From: Planktothrix pseudagardhii
Lineage (GTDB): Bacteria; Cyanobacteriota; Cyanobacteriia; Cyanobacteriales; Microcoleaceae
Length of the DNA: 64,000 nucleotides
Direction: 5' to 3'
NCBI RefSeq assembly: GCF_904830925.1
Contig: NZ_LR882967.1
Span: 3,490,106 to 3,554,105, forward strand
In this document: piece by piece, positions 59,589 through 64,000 of the stretch
Position numbering within the stretch: the stretch's first letter is position 1
Layout of the letters: every line of letters begins with the position of its first letter
The notes under the pieces: generated by a model
Seen by the model: the letters and a program-made list of their open reading frames with translations, nothing else
What the model was told of the DNA's origin: nothing
Databases searched by the model: none
Made by a program: the position numbers and the translations under genes

Positions 59589-61208
59589 ATGCCTATTTCT
59601 CGCTATTTACTGTTAATTTTTGGGATTTGCTTGATTTTAGGGTTAATGATTTGGCTGATTAGTTCCCTATCGGCTCTTTATACTCAGGTAATTTGGTCAG
59701 CGAATCCGATTTTAGCCAATTTGCTGCTCTTATTATTAATTGTATTATTAGGATTGGCTATTTTTGCCTTTTTTTATTATACTCGATTATTCCAAAAATC
59801 AGGAAAATCTACCAAAAAACGGCGACCTTTAAAAATTCCTTTAGATAAAACCGAAGCGGCGGAAGAATCCCTTAAATCGTTAAGACAACAGGTGACTCAA
59901 ATTCAAGATGAAGTTGCCAAACAAGCGTTATTAAGTCGTTCTCAAGATATCGCTTCCGAATTAGCGAAAGGGAATATTCAAGTGGTCGTATTTGGAACAG
60001 GTTCGGCGGGAAAAACTTCTTTAGTGAATGCTTTAATGGGTCGAATGGTGGGAAAAGTTAACGCACCCATGGGAACCACAGAAGTTGGAGAAACCTATCA
60101 TTTACAATTAGAAGAAATTGAACGGGAAATTTTAATTACAGATACCCCTGGAATTTTAGAAGCGGGAATGGGGGGTTCTGAACGAGGAACATTAGCACGT
60201 TCGTTAGCAACGGATGCTAATTTATTAATCTTTGTTGTGGATAATGATTTAAGACAATCAGAATATCATTCCTTACAAGCATTAGTTGAAATTGGCAAGC
60301 GATCGCTGATTCTTTTAAATAAAACTGATTTATATCCTGAAAGCGATAAAACCCTGATTTTAGCTAAACTTCGAGAGCGAGTCAAGACGTTTTTAGATCC
60401 CAGTGATGTTATTGCTGTAGCTGCAAATCCGCAATCAATTCAATTAGAAACGGAAGAAATGATACAACCAGAACCAGATATTATGCCCTTAATTCGACGA
60501 ATGGCAATGATTTTAAGAGCAGAAGGAGAAGAATTAATTGCTGATAATATTTTACTACAATCTCAGCGATTAGGAGAAGAAGCACGACGATTAATTGATA
60601 GCCAAAGAAAACGGGAAGCTGAAAAAATTGTGGAGCGATTTCAATGGATTGGTGCAGGAGTCATTGCTGTAACGCCTTTACCTGTAATTGATTTAATTGC
60701 AACAGCAGCAGTCAATACCCAAATGGTGATAGAAATTGGTAAAATATATGGCTGTGAATTAAATATAGATCGGGGTCGAGAATTAGCATTATCTTTAGCC
60801 AAAACTTTAGGCAGTTTAGGAGTGGTGAAAGGAGTGATTCAGTTAGTCTCAACAGCGTTACAATTAAATATAGCAACCTTAGTGGTCGGACGTGCGATTC
60901 AAGCGGTGAGTGCCGCTTATTTAACCCGCATTGCAGGGAAAAGTTTTATTGAATATTTCCGCCATGATCAAGATTGGGGAGATGGAGGAATGACGGAAGT
61001 AGTACAACGACAATTTCAGTTAACTCGCCGGGATGAATTTGTAAAACAATTTGTTCAAGATGCCTTTGCTAAAATTATTGAACCCCTGAATTTAACGCCA
61101 GAAGCAGAAGAGGAAGAATTGGAGATGGAAGTGAATCCAGAACCTTTATTAAAGCGTTATATAGAAGATTGGGATGAGGGAAATACGGTTGATCGTCCTG
61201 ATTGGTAA
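59589..61208 (+). CDS. Membrane-associated GTPase with C-terminal DUF697 (YcjF-like) domain
   Basis: It has an N-terminal TM region, the GTPase G1 motif VVFGTGSAGKTSLVNAL and G3 motif DTPG, and a C-terminal hydrophobic DUF697-like block. Confidence 0.7.
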   Translation: MPISRYLLLIFGICLILGLMIWLISSLSALYTQVIWSANPILANLLLLLLIVLLGLAIFAFFYYTRLFQKSGKSTKKRRPLKIPLDKTEAAEESLKSLRQQVTQIQDEVAKQALLSRSQDIASELAKGNIQVVVFGTGSAGKTSLVNALMGRMVGKVNAPMGTTEVGETYHLQLEEIEREILITDTPGILEAGMGGSERGTLARSLATDANLLIFVVDNDLRQSEYHSLQALVEIGKRSLILLNKTDLYPESDKTLILAKLRERVKTFLDPSDVIAVAANPQSIQLETEEMIQPEPDIMPLIRRMAMILRAEGEELIADNILLQSQRLGEEARRLIDSQRKREAEKIVERFQWIGAGVIAVTPLPVIDLIATAAVNTQMVIEIGKIYGCELNIDRGRELALSLAKTLGSLGVVKGVIQLVSTALQLNIATLVVGRAIQAVSAAYLTRIAGKSFIEYFRHDQDWGDGGMTEVVQRQFQLTRRDEFVKQFVQDAFAKIIEPLNLTPEAEEEELEMEVNPEPLLKRYIEDWDEGNTVDRPDW

Positions 61209-61287
61209 TCCGCCGAAAATTCTCGATAATAGTCGATTTGCAGATCCCCCTAAATCCGCCTTTCCCAAATTCATAATTCGTAATTCC

Positions 61288-62346
61288 CTATTCCAATTGC
61301 AGTTGTCGTTGAACTTTAACTAAAGTGCGATCGCCTCTGATTAATTGATATTCAGCCTTCCAAGTTCCGGGGGTTAAAGGGGATTGAGGATTATTTTTTT
61401 TCCCCACATAACCAATCCAAGTTTTACTCGATTCATTCACAAAACTTTCATTATTAACAACTTTTATTCCCTGGGAATCATAAAGATTAAAAATCATTTT
61501 ATCTCCTGTTAATACCCCATAAACCTGTACCCAAAATAACAATGCTGGACTATCTTGGGGTAAAATAGTTTCGTTAAATTTACCCTGCCATAATTCATCC
61601 ATTGTCGGAGGTTGGGTCGAAAATCCAGCCCGAATTAACCCCGTTGGAATATAAGCTAAAGATTGTTCCCAAATGGGGTTACGAGTCACGTTACATCCGG
61701 CTGTTGCTCCTGGCCCCACAAAGGGATCAATCACTTCGCCGTTATAACGAATGGTGAGATGAACATGGGGAAAGGATGCTAACCCAGAAGCGCCAACTGA
61801 TCCTAAAATTGTCCCTTTCTCAACGGTATCCCCCGGTTTAACCCGCAGGCTTCCCTGTCGCAAATGACAATATTGAGTTTCCCACCCCGCACCATTGGGC
61901 ACAGAGCGATGGTCAATAACAACCCCATTGCCACATTCTGTGCCTTCTACGGCGGTTTTATCCGCTTCCTGTGCAATGCGTTTGTCAACCACGCCATCTC
62001 GGACTCGTAACACTGTCCCCGCCGCCGACGCCACCACCGGAACCCCTCTGGCCATGGCTTGTTCGTCTGGTATGGCAAAATCCGTGCCTTGATGACCATC
62101 ATAGGTTTGCCGTCCACAGCCAAAATCAACGGCATTGGGACTAGGATCTCGATCTGGGTATAACAAAATAAAGCAATCTTCACCCAGTTGGCAATCAATG
62201 GGTTGACCAAAACGGGGGGTTTGAGGCGTTTGGGTAATCAGTTGTTGGGTCATCCCTTCCGCCATCGTCTGAGCTTGTTGCAGAGAAGACTCAGCCGTTT
62301 GTGTGACATGAGGACTCCAACAACTGACTAATACCATTAACCCCAA
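61288..62346 (-). CDS. M23-family metallopeptidase (LytM-like)
   Basis: HQGTDFA and HVHLTIRYNG provide the HxxxD and HxH zinc ligands. Confidence 0.8.
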   Translation of the reverse strand: MGLMVLVSCWSPHVTQTAESSLQQAQTMAEGMTQQLITQTPQTPRFGQPIDCQLGEDCFILLYPDRDPSPNAVDFGCGRQTYDGHQGTDFAIPDEQAMARGVPVVASAAGTVLRVRDGVVDKRIAQEADKTAVEGTECGNGVVIDHRSVPNGAGWETQYCHLRQGSLRVKPGDTVEKGTILGSVGASGLASFPHVHLTIRYNGEVIDPFVGPGATAGCNVTRNPIWEQSLAYIPTGLIRAGFSTQPPTMDELWQGKFNETILPQDSPALLFWVQVYGVLTGDKMIFNLYDSQGIKVVNNESFVNESSKTWIGYVGKKNNPQSPLTPGTWKAEYQLIRGDRTLVKVQRQLQLE

Positions 62347-62419
62347 AGTCAGGAAGAATGCAACCCCGTATTTTTTAGCGTTTGATATCCTTATTAATTT
62401 CTAGGATTGAATTTATAAT

Positions 62420-63073
62420 TTACCGGAAAAGAATATCCGATTGTAAGGTTAAATTCAGGTCTTCACTGGGACGAACCACCACAACATCAACTTTCCGACG
62501 TCCAACGAATACTCCGGTAATGGCACCGAGTCCCGCACCGCCTAACACTTCTTCAGTAGCGATCGCATTATCCCCCACAACGGCACTAATCGCCGTCGCT
62601 GCGGCTGCTCCAATAGCTGCTCCCCCTAGAATAGACCGGGCTGAAGCTCCTTTGCGAATGGTTTCTGTGCGAGTCACCACTTGAGAATTAGCATCTAAGC
62701 GGAACCTTTGGCTGGCACTAATAATCACTTCATTAGCGACAAATTGAGATCCCCCGGAAGCGGGTTTTAATTGTCCGACAATTTCAGCCCCTGCGGGAAT
62801 CCAGACCCGTCCCTGAGTTGTAACCACATCCTGTGCTACGGTGATAGTTAAGGGTACGGTTTCATTGGGCATGACGACAATTTTTTCAGCTTCGGGATAT
62901 TCGACTGAAATTACAGTTCCTGCTAAGATTCTATCCCGTTGTAAGGTATTGGGAAAGGATTGAGCCGTGGCTGTAATTCCGGGCAGTAAAGGTATAGCCA
63001 CCGCCGTTGTTAAACCGAATGCTAGGAAAATTGACAATCCTGAACGCGAAAATTGAGAACTGAACATAAACAC
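62420..63073 (-). CDS. Hypothetical secreted protein with C-terminal Gly/Ala-rich (glycine-zipper-like) segment
   Basis: It has a signal peptide, a beta-rich region and GGAAIGAAAATAISAVVG. Confidence 0.4.
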   Translation of the reverse strand: MFMFSSQFSRSGLSIFLAFGLTTAVAIPLLPGITATAQSFPNTLQRDRILAGTVISVEYPEAEKIVVMPNETVPLTITVAQDVVTTQGRVWIPAGAEIVGQLKPASGGSQFVANEVIISASQRFRLDANSQVVTRTETIRKGASARSILGGAAIGAAAATAISAVVGDNAIATEEVLGGAGLGAITGVFVGRRKVDVVVVRPSEDLNLTLQSDILFR

Positions 63074-63239
63074 AACATCCTTATTTGTTCTTGAGATTTG
63101 GATTCATCCTTATATAACCTAAAGTCGATAGAATTGCTGTATTGTTCCTTTTGGAATCCTGTTTGACCCGAAAAACTACGGTTGTCAAGATTTATACTTG
63201 CCTTTTATCGTTAATTATATTTTCAAATAGGATTGCTAT

Positions 63240-63983
63240 ATGATGACCCAAAGACTCAGGATCGTTACTTGGAATTTGGAGCATCCAAAACCAAAAAGCT
63301 GGAAAAAGACACCAGCAGTATTAGATCAAATTCAAACTATAAATGCTGATGTTTGGATCTTGACGGAAACCAATAATCTTGCTGTTGATTTATCAAAACA
63401 GGGCTACTTCAAGTTCTCATCAATTGAATATCAAGATAAAAGATTGGAGCAAAATGCTTACACCACAATCTGGTCAAGAATACAGGCTCCTACTGAAATG
63501 CTCACAACATTTGATCCCATTCTAGCTGTCTGTATCAAAGTCAATTTACAAGGTTACAACCTGTTAATTTATGGGACAATTATTACCTGGCACGGTGATC
63601 GCGGAATAGATGGAAAATCAAAAAACTGGGAAGAACATTACCGATCAATTGAACAACATGGAAATGATTGGGAGCATCTGGTGAAAACCAACTCTGATTG
63701 CAAACTCATAACTGTCGGAGATTTCAATCAAGCCAGAGATGGTTCACGTTGGTATGGAACTCAAAAAGGAATTACTTTATTAACGCAGGAGCTAAAACGT
63801 AACAATCTCGTTTGTTTAACTGATGAAGTTAAGCCCAAAGAACGACATAATATTGACCACATCTGTGTCAGTTATGAATTGCAACCCTATTGCCAAGTTG
63901 GCTTTTGGGAAAATATTTCCGATAGCAATGTAACCATGAGCGATCATAACGGCGTTTTTGTTGATGTGGAATTGCAAGTATAA
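63240..63983 (+). CDS. Endonuclease/exonuclease/phosphatase (EEP) family protein
   Basis: RIVTWNLE, WILTETNN, VGDFNQARDG and SDHNGVFVDV are the EEP catalytic motifs. Confidence 0.8.
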   Translation: MMTQRLRIVTWNLEHPKPKSWKKTPAVLDQIQTINADVWILTETNNLAVDLSKQGYFKFSSIEYQDKRLEQNAYTTIWSRIQAPTEMLTTFDPILAVCIKVNLQGYNLLIYGTIITWHGDRGIDGKSKNWEEHYRSIEQHGNDWEHLVKTNSDCKLITVGDFNQARDGSRWYGTQKGITLLTQELKRNNLVCLTDEVKPKERHNIDHICVSYELQPYCQVGFWENISDSNVTMSDHNGVFVDVELQV

Positions 63984-64000
63984 CGTCAGTAAACAACATT

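Overview
This 64-kb window is cyanobacterial chromosome, about 40% GC by eye. The octamer GCGATCGC (HIP1) is abundant, heptanucleotide tandem repeats are frequent, and the window carries psaB, petC-petA, ctpA, ispG and a GUN4-domain gene. Most genes are ordinary housekeeping, signalling or membrane proteins, but the centre (about 28.4-33.4 kb) is a composite accessory patch. A nested MITE-like repeat follows psaB, then a parD antitoxin and a 5' remnant of parE. The parE remnant is cut off by a strongly AT-rich, HIP1-free insertion carrying a solitary coiled-coil ABC/SMC-like ATPase (a defence-type 'AAA_15/21' architecture). Next to it lies a full-length, GC-rich homologue of the eukaryotic major vault protein (MVP), which several peptide stretches identify as a bona fide MVP. 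Other notable items are listed here. (1) An orphan psaB with no psaA upstream. (2) A 969-aa NERD-nuclease/SF1 UvrD-like helicase fused to a C-terminal pentapeptide-repeat (DNA-mimic-like) domain. (3) A 2108-aa kinase-like/STAND ATPase/GAF/PAS/class-III cyclase protein with degenerate kinase motifs. (4) An IS630-family element with a MITE derivative and a solo TIR. (5) A palindromic GTAGAGACGYGCC...GGCRCGTCTCTAC repeat family in five copies. (6) Modular nested small repeats. (7) A disrupted CHAT-protein remnant. (8) A loose metal-handling cluster. All calls rest on reading the translated ORFs and the DNA by eye; no searches were run.
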